Shown in pieces: positions 8,986 through 18,705 of a stretch of DNA of 64,000 nt (position 1 is its first letter; each line of letters opens with the position of its first letter). The notes under the pieces are model-generated. The model was not told where the DNA came from. It ran no database searches and saw only the letters and a list, made by a program, of their open reading frames with translations. Source of the stretch: an uncultured Gammaproteobacteria bacterium (GTDB lineage Bacteria > Pseudomonadota > Gammaproteobacteria > Steroidobacterales > Steroidobacteraceae); NCBI GenBank assembly GCA_963721095.1, contig CAVRHU010000004.1, positions 142,187-206,186 on the forward strand, written 5' to 3'. The position numbers were made by a program, and so were the translations under genes.

Positions 8986-9453
8986 ATGCGTCTGCACCCC
9001 GGGTTATTCTCGATCCGCACCCTTTCATGGATTGCCTTTGCGGTGTGCTTAGTCATTTTGCTCAGCATGACCCCGCCCGGCCGATTCGCAGTCGGATTAA
9101 TGCATCCCTGCATCGATTCAACCAAGCAGGTGCTACACGACAGCTCTGGAATCGACTTCACCGTCGTCGAAACCGCGTGCGACACCTTTGGTAACGATGT
9201 ATCTCACAATGTATTCGCTTCAACGAGTGGAAATCCGAGACGCACTCTCCTATTCAAGTACGGCCCCGACGAGCGAAGCCCACTACCGCAGATCGTCGTC
9301 GACGGGAAAACGATTCTAATCTCGATCGATTCGATCGCAGATTTGGTGAAACAGACAGACCGATACGATTCCTACGCAATTCAGTACCACATAAAACATG
9401 TTGAATTTCCCCCAGCTCCCGCCCGCCGCAGATCGGGAGATTCCACTACGTGA
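8986..9453 (+). CDS. Hypothetical membrane-anchored protein in low-GC DNA
   Basis: 155-aa ORF with an N-terminal TM segment (WIAFAVCLVILLS) and balanced downstream composition. GC is visibly lower than the surroundings. It may instead overlap intron domain I if the intron starts at the GTGCG at 9177. Confidence 0.4.
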   Translation: MRLHPGLFSIRTLSWIAFAVCLVILLSMTPPGRFAVGLMHPCIDSTKQVLHDSSGIDFTVVETACDTFGNDVSHNVFASTSGNPRRTLLFKYGPDERSPLPQIVVDGKTILISIDSIADLVKQTDRYDSYAIQYHIKHVEFPPAPARRRSGDSTT

Positions 9454-9799
9454 TATCGAACTACGTCGTCAATGCGGTCATGACCGGACGCTTAGTACGC
9501 CGGGATAAACCGGCGAGAAGGAGAGAATGAAAGAGTCTTACATCGAAGGAGTAGCGATCCACGATGACCCCGAGTCATGCGCGGGCAGCCGTAAGGCTGG
9601 ACGTGAAGTGTTGACAGGGGCACACACAGGTTCGGTATTGAGCCGCGAAATCAGGTTATCTAGGGCGCCGACGCTGTTAAGCGAAGCGGAAGGCAACATA
9701 CGTCAGAGGCGTCATCGCAAGTCTCTGTCTAGCCCTGCGCGGTCGCAGACCCGACACATGTGTGGAACCTTCTTGCGCGAGAACCGGGAGATCCCATAG

Positions 9800-11353
9800 A
9801 TGTCTGCTGCAGATGGTGCATCAGGCCGCTCCGGAAAGGCTAATCGCCGTACCCCGGGGATGCACGTCGATGGGAAGTCGGACGGGTCCGTAGTACCAAC
9901 GAAGCAGCCGAACAAAGCCGAAGGAATGGCCGCGGAGGTTGTGGAGGGAAGGGGCCCGATCAAGGGGAACACGGGCAAGCAAAACGCGTCCCGGACACAG
10001 AGCCGGATCGATGCGCCAAGTGCGCTTGAACGTGTACGCGAAGCTGCAAAGGCAGATAAGAAGAAACGGTTCACGGCGCTGCTGCACCATGTGGACGTAG
10101 ATCGGCTGCGCGAGGCGTACTTTACTTCGAAGAAGCATGCCGCAGCGGGAGTCGACGGCGTTACGTGGCAGCACTATGGCGAGCAACTGGAGGACAACCT
10201 TCGGGCGCTCCATGCCAGAGTGCATCGCGGAGCGTACCGGGCAAAACCCTCGCGGAGAGTGTACATCCCCAAATCAGATGGCCGGCAGCGGCCTTTGGGT
10301 ATCGCAGCTTTGGAGGATAAGATCCTGCAGAGCGCTGTGGTATCGGTGATGAATGCGATCTACGAGAGTGACTTCCTCGGCTTCTCATACGGCTTCCGGC
10401 CAGGACGTGGAGCGCATGATGCACTCGATGCGTTGGCGGTTGGAATTACGGGCAAGAAGGTGAACTGGGTGCTCGATGCGGACATCCGTGGGTTCTTCGA
10501 TACTATCGACCACGGCTGGCTGATCAAGTTTATCGAGCACCGCATTGCGGATCGGAGGGTCCTGCGGCTCATCCAGAAATGGTTGAAAGCGGGGGTCATG
10601 GAACAGGGCAAACGCACGTCAACGGATGTGGGCTCCCCGCAAGGGGCGACGGTATCGCCGTTGCTAGCCAACATCTGTTTGCATTATGCGCTTGATCTGT
10701 GGGTGCAGCAGTGGAGACGGCGGCGTGCGCTCGGTGACATCATCATCGTGCGATACGCTGACGACTTCGTGCTCGGCTTCCAACGTGCCTTCGATGCAAA
10801 GCGGTTCCTTGGGCACCTTCGCGAAAGACTCGCGAAGTTCCGCCTGGAACTGCATCCGGACAAAACCCAGCTTCTTCGGTTCGGGCGGTTTGCCGCCGCT
10901 CAGCGGAAGGAAAAGGGTGAATCCGGTGCACCGCAGACCTTCAACTTCCTCGGGCTGACGCATTGTTGCGGACGCTCGAAAAGTGGGTTGTTCCTGCTGC
11001 TACGTCATACGATACGTTCGCGGTTGACGGCGAAGGTTCATGAGATCACTCACGAACTGCGCCGTCGTCTGCATGAACCGATCGTCTCGCAAGGCAAATG
11101 GCTAGGTGCTGTGCTGCGCGGACATTACGCGTATTACGGCGTGCCGACCAACATCGAGGCGCTCGACGTGTTCCGGTGGGAGGTTACGCATCGCTGGTTC
11201 AAGTCGCTTCGGCGCCGAAGCCAGCGCCGCCGCTTCAACTGGGCGCGAATGGATCGACTCGCGCAACAGTGGCTTCCTCGTGCTCGCATTGTTCATCCTT
11301 GGCCGCAGCAGCGCTTTGCTGTCAGAACCCGAGATAAGAGCCCAGTGCGGTAA
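9800..11353 (+). CDS. Group II intron reverse transcriptase/maturase (no endonuclease domain seen)
   Basis: 517 aa. Motifs seen: KSDGSVVPTKQPNK, RRVYIPKSDGRQRPLGIAALEDKILQ, GSPQGATVSPLLANI, and YADDFV in IIVRYADDFVLGF. A maturase X region (GHYAYYG) is present. No HNH/CxxC endonuclease motif is visible at the C-terminus. The start may be the Met at 9860. Confidence 0.93.
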   Translation: MSAADGASGRSGKANRRTPGMHVDGKSDGSVVPTKQPNKAEGMAAEVVEGRGPIKGNTGKQNASRTQSRIDAPSALERVREAAKADKKKRFTALLHHVDVDRLREAYFTSKKHAAAGVDGVTWQHYGEQLEDNLRALHARVHRGAYRAKPSRRVYIPKSDGRQRPLGIAALEDKILQSAVVSVMNAIYESDFLGFSYGFRPGRGAHDALDALAVGITGKKVNWVLDADIRGFFDTIDHGWLIKFIEHRIADRRVLRLIQKWLKAGVMEQGKRTSTDVGSPQGATVSPLLANICLHYALDLWVQQWRRRRALGDIIIVRYADDFVLGFQRAFDAKRFLGHLRERLAKFRLELHPDKTQLLRFGRFAAAQRKEKGESGAPQTFNFLGLTHCCGRSKSGLFLLLRHTIRSRLTAKVHEITHELRRRLHEPIVSQGKWLGAVLRGHYAYYGVPTNIEALDVFRWEVTHRWFKSLRRRSQRRRFNWARMDRLAQQWLPRARIVHPWPQQRFAVRTRDKSPVR

Positions 11354-11370
11354 CTCCGCCCGCTGGGATC
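11338..11370 (+). ncRNA. Group II intron domain V
   Basis: GAGCCCAGT GCGG TAACT CCGC(CC)GCTGGGATC. It has a 9-position lower helix (8 pairs, one G-A mismatch) containing the AGC triad (11339-11341), a 2-nt bulge on the 3' strand, a 4-bp upper helix and a terminal loop. It overlaps the end of the RT ORF, as in compact bacterial introns. Confidence 0.7.
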
Positions 11371-11640
11371 TGTGCGGGGGGCGGTTGGCACCGTCACGTG
11401 TCAATCGTCCCTACCGCGACCGTCTATCAGCAATGCTGCGACGTTGAATCGCCCTGCTGGGCCGTCGATCTTGGCGATCTTTGCGTCCCTACCACTAACT
11501 TGCGGCGTTATGGTTTTCGTTACCATTGTCGAAGTCCTTTTGCCGCCGAGAATAATTCGGGACTGTGTCGCGAATCGACCACGGCTGACTGTGGCTAACG
11601 TCGCCTATCAGGCTGGCCAACTGGACCATCGCCGGCATAA

Positions 11641-12513
11641 CTACCTGTTAGCCGACTGATGTCTTTCAGTTTCCCCGGCCACAAACGAGTCTAGCAAGCT
11701 AATCCATCGCGTCTGAATCTTCGACCAATTTTTCAATAATGGGCGAGGATACTGGATCTCAACAAACGCATTGAGTTTCTTTGCAACGAATTTTTGCTCG
11801 CAGTCTGCAACGCCCATGTACGGTGGGCCGTCTGCTGCGGTCTTTGCCTCTTCAGCGGTGCAGACAATTAGCGTTGACACCACTCCTGTAGGTCCACGCA
11901 AAAAGTAGACGTCTCGGGCGTCAAGCGCTGATCGATCCACCTCAGGGAGGGCGGGATATTTGTTGAAATCAACGCCAACTCGCTCCAGACCATATTGTGA
12001 TGATTTAACGTCGGGCGCATTTCGTCGATAACAAGTTCTCGACGGGTCGTTTCCGAAACAAAGAGGAATCCCCGCCGTATAAGTCTCTTGGCGAAACCGA
12101 TCCTGCAACCTGTCTGATCCTTGGTTTCCTTTCCCCTGAATCGCCCCCGAACTGACCGTGGCGACCATCGCGTTTGGATTTCGGTGCTCATTGAATTCAT
12201 GCCAGTCGGGGCTCATAGGCGCGAGGTCTGGCCACATTGCGTGAATCAGCAGTATTCGGAACGCTTGATCGCTGAACTTGCGATGCTTCGTCTCCACAGC
12301 GGTCGCGAATTTGCGAGCTATTGGACTTCCGGTGCCATACGCGCTCGGCACGTGGAGGATAGTTTGCCTCACCCCGAGCCGATCTAACGACCACTGAACA
12401 GTATCGAAATCCGTCAACGGAGGTGCTGCGGTATTTGCGAAACCGGGTACGCCAGTGGCGATAATCGCGAGCAGCAAGTTCGCACTCAACGTCGGGAACA
12501 TCCTGTCCTCCAT
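11641..12513 (-). CDS. Hypothetical exported protein in a low-GC island
   Basis: 290 aa with a signal-like N-terminus (FPTLSANLLLAIIATGVPGFANTAAP). No recognisable motifs. GC is visibly lower than the flanking genes. Confidence 0.55.
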   Translation of the reverse strand: MEDRMFPTLSANLLLAIIATGVPGFANTAAPPLTDFDTVQWSLDRLGVRQTILHVPSAYGTGSPIARKFATAVETKHRKFSDQAFRILLIHAMWPDLAPMSPDWHEFNEHRNPNAMVATVSSGAIQGKGNQGSDRLQDRFRQETYTAGIPLCFGNDPSRTCYRRNAPDVKSSQYGLERVGVDFNKYPALPEVDRSALDARDVYFLRGPTGVVSTLIVCTAEEAKTAADGPPYMGVADCEQKFVAKKLNAFVEIQYPRPLLKNWSKIQTRWISLLDSFVAGETERHQSANR

Positions 12514-12562
12514 CCGATGTAACGAATGTTAGCAATTCTGAACGACCCTTTTGCCGCCCGAT

Positions 12563-12973
12563 TTAAGGCGCCCCTTCCATCACCGGGATCTCCCTAAAGT
12601 CATTGTCCCAGCTCGCTCTGTGCGACCCGAAGATGTGCGCATCGGGTTTGAGCGTGACATCGCTATCCAGGCTCCCGGCGGGAACGACCAGCCATCCACC
12701 TTCCAGCTCCACGCTAGGAAGTGCCGACCCGCAAGTCGAGCAAAAGCATTTACTGTGTCGCGTCGATGGCAAGGTGAAGCACGTGATCTTATCCTTCCCA
12801 CTGACCCATCTTAAGTTTGCCCCGGACGCAAACAAGTTGGCGGCGTGTGCAGACCCTGAGTCTTTGCGACAGTGTCCGCAGTGACAAAGATAGAACCGTT
12901 GAAAGTCCCCCTCCACCTCGAAGTGCACAGCCCCACACAGGCAAGAACCGAAATGCATGCGTCGCGAGTCCAC
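12563..12973 (-). CDS. GFA (CENP-V / glutathione-dependent formaldehyde-activating) family protein
   Basis: GSCLCGAVHFEV...YLCHCGHCRKDSG...CSTCGSALP are the Cys clusters of the GFA fold. The GTG start at 12973 lies 7 nt after AAGGAGG. The Met at 12958 is an alternative start. Confidence 0.75.
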   Translation of the reverse strand: MDSRRMHFGSCLCGAVHFEVEGDFQRFYLCHCGHCRKDSGSAHAANLFASGANLRWVSGKDKITCFTLPSTRHSKCFCSTCGSALPSVELEGGWLVVPAGSLDSDVTLKPDAHIFGSHRASWDNDFREIPVMEGAP

Positions 12974-13247
12974 TCTCCATCCTCCTTTTTCCCGCAACCC
13001 GACTTTACCTCTAAATGGGGGCGCAGCGAGTGCCCGCCCAATCAAGTGGGCGCTCCGGTGATTATGGAGCCCGATCCCTGGTGCATGGGTCGCGCAGCGC
13101 GCGACTGACTCCCTCGTTCACAGTATTCTTCAGGCGAGACTGGCAATATCCTCCAGTGTAGGACCTAACCCTAGGTGGCCGTGAAATCCGCGGATTCTCT
13201 CTCACACGCCCCAACTCATTTGGCTAAACTTCTAAGCACAAGTTTGT

Positions 13248-13975
13248 ATGGACACAGAAACCCTTCCTCACGAGCCCTGCGCAAATTGCAGTACTGCAAT
13301 CGTGCCCGGTCAAAATTATTGCGCCAATTGCGGGCAAAAGGCGCCCACGCCGCGCCTGACACTGCATGAAATTGGAGCCGAGTTTGTCCACGCCCTGGCG
13401 CATGTCGATCGCAGCGCGCTGTCGCTGATTTGGCAACTATTAATTCGACCGGGTGTGGTGGCGCGGGATTACGTTGCAGGCAAGCGTAAGCGCTACTTCG
13501 GGCCTTTCGCATTTCTGGTAGTGACCGTCGCGTTTACATCGGCCGTCATTGCCATTTCCGGTTTTCAAGCCGTCACCACCGACGCTCCCAATGGGCTGGC
13601 ATCTTTCTTGCAACAGCATATCAATCTGTTGTTGTTCGTCGAAGTGCCGCTGCTGGCTGCCGCCTGCCGCCTCATAGGAATTCGCGAACCTTTCAACTAT
13701 GCAGAGTACCTCGTGCTTACTTCGTACAGTGCGGGTTTGCATACGCTGTTCTACGCGCTCGTCGTGATCCCGGTATGGTATGTTTTGCGCTCCGACACCG
13801 TACTATTGACGCGACTCTTCTATGTATCCCTGGCGATCGGACCACTGTACCTCGCCTACGGAATGTATCAGTTTCTCCCGGGGCGCCGATTCTCGTCTGC
13901 CATCAAGGGACTGTTCGCGTCACTACTGGCGCAAGCCGCGACGCAGGGCTTAGTGTTCCTCATCGGGTACTCTAT

Positions 13976-13985
<10 letters not shown>
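13248..13985 (+). CDS. DUF3667-like zinc-ribbon membrane protein
   Basis: An N-terminal CANCSTAIVPGQNYCANCG zinc ribbon is followed by LTLHEIGAEFVHAL...RPG..ARDYVAGKRKRYFGPF and several TM segments. Confidence 0.65.
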
Positions 13986-14688
<703 letters not shown>

Positions 14689-14847
14689 TCAGCGCAGCTT
14701 TCGACGCATCGTTGACTGATTAGTTCCGGAAAGCCGGTAGAGGCGCGATTGCTCCGTACAGCCAACGAGCGAAACTTGGATGACAGTGCCGGGGTCGGGA
14801 ATGCGCTTAATGCCGGCCTCACGAAACGTGTGTTCCCCCGGCTCAAC
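14689..14847 (-). pseudogene. 3' fragment paralogous to the small gene at 4511-4651
   Basis: VEPGEHTFREAGIKRIPDPGTVIQVSLVGCTEQSRLYRLSGTNQSTMRRKLR* is preceded by an in-frame TAG. The 23-nt core 14785-14807 is identical to 4511-4533. Confidence 0.35.
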
Positions 14848-14917
14848 CTACAATGCGCTCTTCTCGCCTCACACACCTGATGCGCCAGCAGCCAGCATCT
14901 CCGCCCTACGACGAGGC

Positions 14918-15385
14918 TTATTGAGGCGCGGGTTTCAAAGTTGCCAAATCAAAGCCCAAATCGCCGGGCTTCGCACCGTGCGCTATGCCGTCCGGCGTCA
15001 CGACGAACACCAGCGATCCGCCTCGCCGACCATCGCGCAGCGGATGAAAAGCAATGGTAACGTTCTCACCCGGTTTTAAGGTATCGGCTTGAATGCCGAT
15101 GGATTTTAAGCTCGAAGGTGAGGTGGCCTCGATATCATAGCGTACGCCCTCACTGCCACTGCCGACTGCGCCCATCACGGAAATCCACGAATGCGGATTA
15201 AGGTAGGAGAACTTGATCATTGTGCCGCGCAACACCACGACGCTTTGCGAATCGAACATCGCGAAAGAATGGTGCGCAAAGACTGCCGAGTTGAATAGAG
15301 CAGCCGTAAATACGCTGAGCATGAGACCGAGCCGTTTCAGAGAAACTCTCTCCTGCGATGACATATGATGATCTGCGCTTCTCAC
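14918..15385 (-). CDS. DUF6152-like exported protein
   Basis: A signal peptide is followed by AHHSFAMFD...LRGT...NPHSW, the pattern recalled for DUF6152. The GTG start overlaps the upstream stop in GTGA. Confidence 0.6.
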   Translation of the reverse strand: MRSADHHMSSQERVSLKRLGLMLSVFTAALFNSAVFAHHSFAMFDSQSVVVLRGTMIKFSYLNPHSWISVMGAVGSGSEGVRYDIEATSPSSLKSIGIQADTLKPGENVTIAFHPLRDGRRGGSLVFVVTPDGIAHGAKPGDLGFDLATLKPAPQ

Positions 15386-16371
15386 GGATGCCGCCCAGGG
15401 TTTTGAGTGCCGGACGGCGCAGCGTCGAGCTCTTGAGGCAAGATCGCGATTTGGAATCCGTTTTCATCCATTCTCACGTTCGGGATACACGGCCGATCAC
15501 CCAGAGTGAGATAGTTTCTGGCCACCTTTTTTGAATCCGGCCCCGTCTGTTTGACGCGCCGGAAATAGCGCGTCACGTGCCAAGGTGAAAGCATCGTTAC
15601 CGAATCGGTGAAAGTCATCCGATCTTCGAGCGTATCCGCGTCGATCAGGCGGATGCGCTCGACCATATGCAGCTGATCGCTGAAAGGTGCGGGCGTTTCG
15701 TCGAAATAGCCGCCGATCATGTTGACAGTATCGGCTACCAGGGTGTTGCCCTCCCAATAGCCGGTCGAGTGCCCCGAATAACTCGGCCCGAGCCCTCCCG
15801 TCGATGGATCGCCCTCGATGGAATGCGGGCGCCCATCGAGAAAGATTCGCCGGTTCGTGCGGCCGTAATTTGCATACCAAAGCATAATGTCGGGCGTTTG
15901 AAGGATTTCGATCGCTACAGGCGAGTCCCCGATCATGCGAGGTACTCCGAAAGGGAAGCAGGCCGCGAAATTATCGCGTGACTTACCCTCGGTGGTCTCT
16001 TGGATTAGCTGCAGATACTTCTTCTGGTACTCCGCGTTGTAAGGGATGTCCTTGATATAAGTTCCGGGTAATGGTCCGAACGCCGCCTCGCCGACCGGCC
16101 GCTGCGGCGGATAAACGGTATTGGCGGGATCGAACGTCGGTCCCTGCCCAGATCCCTTCGGCGCCATCGCCGCCCAAGCTCCCGTCATATCCGGTTGAGT
16201 GGCGAGTCGTGATGCGTAAGCAGTAAGCCTAGGTGGTTTGAAGTGATCGGCATTCGCGATTGCTTCGGGGCTCGGCAGATTCTTGATGACCTGACCCACC
16301 CCGGGCATAGCAAAGTCGAGCAAGGTCAATACCCCGAGGACCGTTAGCGAAAAACAATATCGGGCAATCAT
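15382..16371 (-). CDS. Hypothetical exported protein (usual partner of DUF6152 genes)
   Basis: 329 aa with a signal-like N-terminus and good coding composition. It is translationally coupled to the downstream gene. Confidence 0.6.
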   Translation of the reverse strand: MIARYCFSLTVLGVLTLLDFAMPGVGQVIKNLPSPEAIANADHFKPPRLTAYASRLATQPDMTGAWAAMAPKGSGQGPTFDPANTVYPPQRPVGEAAFGPLPGTYIKDIPYNAEYQKKYLQLIQETTEGKSRDNFAACFPFGVPRMIGDSPVAIEILQTPDIMLWYANYGRTNRRIFLDGRPHSIEGDPSTGGLGPSYSGHSTGYWEGNTLVADTVNMIGGYFDETPAPFSDQLHMVERIRLIDADTLEDRMTFTDSVTMLSPWHVTRYFRRVKQTGPDSKKVARNYLTLGDRPCIPNVRMDENGFQIAILPQELDAAPSGTQNPGRHP

Positions 16372-16711
16372 TCAATCTTCTCTTGGCAGCAAGTGTTCCA
16401 GATGTTCTCTACTTATGGCGGTTCATCCGACTCTCGCGCTGCGCCTGAGTCGATCATTGGCCTTGGATTCCTTGAAATCATTCGATCCATCGATTGCCTG
16501 CAGGAAATCCGTCAGTAGATCATTCAGTTGCATTATCTGCGAATTCCAAAGCTAGGCCTAGACACAGGCCCCCCCATGATGCACACGAAGCAATCGGCGA
16601 TAAAGAGAGTGCTCAACCAAACCTCAAGCGGCCGGACGGCTTTCTGATTGGCCATGGAGCCCCTGGTGTTTTCATCGATTTCCGTCAGATTCGGCTTCCG
16701 GACCGCGTCCG

Positions 16712-16995
16712 TTGCCACTTCCCTGTGCCAAGCCGGCATTCAGGCTCGCCCCTGGCTCTTGGCCGCGCGCGCCATGGCGCCGCGCGAGGCCAAGACTTTC
16801 TCACCGTATCGCATCGGCATGCGCGTGTTTCGCCATCTTCCGGCTTGAATATACCCTTCGTCGGCCGGGCCGTTCGGGCTGTCCCTGCCCTCGCCCGGCA
16901 CGGCGAGTCAGGCGCGCGAGCCCGACTCGCCTTCCGGAATCTCAGTCCGCGCACTTTCGATTCCGTTGCCACTTCCGTGTGGCAATGCGCGCCAA
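16712..16995. repeat. Tandem repeat unit (254-bp period) downstream of the Cre-like recombinase gene, including an orphan copy of its last 35 codons
   Basis: Palindromes TTGCCAC-N6-GTGGCAA at 16966-16985 and TTGCCAC-N6-GTGCCAA at 16712-16731. Hairpins at 16935-16965 and 16902-16931. The orphan tail IQAGRWRNTRMPMRYGEKVLASRGAMARAAKSQGRA* lies at 16850-16740. Confidence 0.75.
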
Positions 16996-17921
16996 TCACA
17001 GTTTTCCCTGATCCTGCGCCGCTTGTGCCATCCCGCCTCGCGTCGCCAGTACCCGCTCCGCATAGCGCATTGGCATTCTCGTATCTTTCCATCGTCCAGC
17101 CTGCATTACGGACGCGAGGCTTATGTTCAACGCTAGCAAATCCTGAGCCGCCCCAACCCTTGCGGAATGCCCGGAAATCCTTTCCCACTCTTTCTTCTCA
17201 AGCCCTATCCATTGACCCACTTTCCTGAATACCGTCGACACCACCCCTCCTTGATTCCCCCTTGCTTGATCCATGAGAGACTAGCCTCATCGTCAGCGGC
17301 GACAAATACGCTGTTGCCCCCTCCCCCGTGGTATCCGTCTTCGACCTTCTTATTAATAGAGATCCTGCCCATCCCCCGCTTCCGCAAGATCCTCTACCCT
17401 CAACGAAACCAATTCTTCTCTGCGGCACATTGTGTCGTAAGCCACCGCCAAACGCTCGATCTCGAATGTCTTCGCAAGTTTCTCGGCTCAATCGATAGGA
17501 ACACTTCGATCTCTTCCCAGATCAATTCCCGCGCCTGTTTTTGCCTACCCAGCACATTCCTTCCCATCTCCTTCAACGCCAACCTCACCTCTTCAGACGC
17601 CGTCGGATCCAAAATCCCCGATGCGCGATGCGCCCGCCCAATGGTCGACACATAGCGCCGCACCGTCGCCGGCTTCTTCCCCTTCCCCAAACACTCAAAC
17701 ACAAACGCCCGCACCGTTTTAGCCGCAGCCGTCAACGACTCCACGCGATAGGTCCGACAACTTTCGGTAAAAACGTCCCAATCAGCCTTCCAGGCACGAA
17801 TGGTGTTCTTCGAAAACGCCCCGTGCGCCATCCCTGCCCAATCCGCCAACCGCTCCGCGACTGCCAAACTGCTTGAAACCATTCGCATGAGCCCACGAGG
17901 CAAAACGCCCTGTCCGAACAA
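16996..17921 (-). pseudogene. Cre-like tyrosine recombinase, multiply frameshifted
   Basis: Three overlapping frames carry the protein. The N-terminal SAM-like region is at 17400-17921. The middle part LLIRRSKTDTTGEGATAYLSPLTMRLV is at 17198-17491. The C-terminus SGHSARVGAAQDLLALNISLASVMQAGRWKDTRMPMRYAE is at 16996-17274 and resembles Cre (SGHSARVGAARDMARAGVSIPEIMQAGGW). Confidence 0.8.
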
Positions 17922-18018
17922 GCAGTTTGCAGGCTGATTCGGCTATCCCAATGCCCGCACTGCGACGGTCCGTAGGAACGGGAATGCCTTGTATTCCTTT
18001 GAATCCACGGATTTCATT

Positions 18019-18064
18019 GATGTTGATCTAGCTATGCGTTATTATCAACATAATCATCAACATC
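18019..18064 (+). promoter_or_regulatory. Putative mazEF operator/promoter region
   Basis: Inverted repeat GATGTTGAT (18019-18027) / ATCAACATC (18056-18064), plus the direct repeat ATCAACA twice, in AT-rich DNA 10 nt upstream of the antitoxin ATG. Confidence 0.45.
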
Positions 18065-18073
18065 CGTATAGCT

Positions 18074-18307
18074 ATGAAAACTATCCAAATGACTATTGAT
18101 GAGAAGCTGCTCAAGCTCGTCGACAAAGTGACGCGCAGCCGACGCACCACCCGCTCCGCATTTATCCGCGTCGCTCTGGAAGAGGAGATTCGACGCACCT
18201 TGGTCCGCGAAAAAGAAGCACAGCATGCCGCAGGCTATGCCGACAAACCCGTAGTTCCCCGCGAATTTGATCTCTGGGCGGATGAGCAAGATTGGGGCGC
18301 CGCGTGA
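18074..18307 (+). CDS. RHH-type antitoxin paired with MazF
   Basis: 77 aa. MKTIQMTIDEKLLKLVDKVTRSRRTTRSAFIRVALEEEI has the ribbon-helix-helix pattern. Its stop overlaps the toxin GTG in GTGA. Confidence 0.75.
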   Translation: MKTIQMTIDEKLLKLVDKVTRSRRTTRSAFIRVALEEEIRRTLVREKEAQHAAGYADKPVVPREFDLWADEQDWGAA

Positions 18308-18624
18308 GACGCGGTGACGTGTGTTGGTATTCTTTCAAAACCCCAGACAAGAAACGGCCGGTGCTGATACTGACGCGAGACTCGGCAATCGGCATCTTAA
18401 ACTCCGTGACCATTGCACCCATCACCTCCACAATCCGCAGCATACCCACAGAGGTCGTGCTAACTGAGGCCGACGGTTTGCCGAAAACCTGTGCTGCAAA
18501 CTTCGACAATCTACAGACCGTACCTAAATCCCAAATCGGCAATCGCATTGCTCACCTGACTTCGCGCAAAATGCGGGAGGCGGTCGCCGCGCTGACCTTC
18601 GCACTTGAACTCGATGCTGAATGA
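18304..18624 (+). CDS. mazF: MazF/PemK-family endoribonuclease toxin
   Basis: VRRGDVCWYSFKTPDKKRPVLILTRDSAI...VTIAPITSTIRSIPTEVVLTEADGLPKTCAANFDNLQTVPK is the canonical MazF/PemK pattern. Confidence 0.85.
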   Translation: MRRGDVCWYSFKTPDKKRPVLILTRDSAIGILNSVTIAPITSTIRSIPTEVVLTEADGLPKTCAANFDNLQTVPKSQIGNRIAHLTSRKMREAVAALTFALELDAE

Positions 18625-18705
18625 CATGGTGATTCGAAATGCTAGAACACCACCTGTAACCAAGACGCACAAGCGACCAAAACCAAAAGTCAGGAAGGAT
18701 CACGG

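Larger units (their letters stand above)
9450..11414 (+). mobile_element. Group II intron (both boundaries approximate)
   Basis: The RT/maturase ORF is embedded. A domain V hairpin lies at 11338-11370 and a 14-bp hairpin in the domain VI position at 11378-11411, followed by TAC. A GC-composition step near 9450 and a weak hairpin at 9416-9439 upstream favour a short IIC-like 5' part. The alternative 5' end is the consensus GTGCG at 9177. Confidence 0.6.

Noticed and set aside
9527-9799. 90-aa ORF MKESYIEGVAIHDDPESC... upstream of the RT
   Set aside because: It lies inside the intron ribozyme, in the domains just 5' of the RT ORF. Similar open frames are commonly seen upstream of group II RTs and reflect conserved RNA, not a protein.
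16494-17228. 244-aa plus-strand ORF (P/A/R-rich) across the repeat region
   Set aside because: Its composition is low-complexity, and it overlaps the recombinase C-terminus and the tandem repeat units on the other strand. No protein-like motifs are present.
16700-18624. Integron-like interpretation (tyrosine recombinase, hairpin repeats and a TA cassette)
   Set aside because: The recombinase is Cre-like, not IntI-like; there is no IntI-specific insertion and the N-terminus is different. The repeats contain recombinase coding tails rather than attC R''/L'' structure. Neighbouring genes are in mixed orientation.
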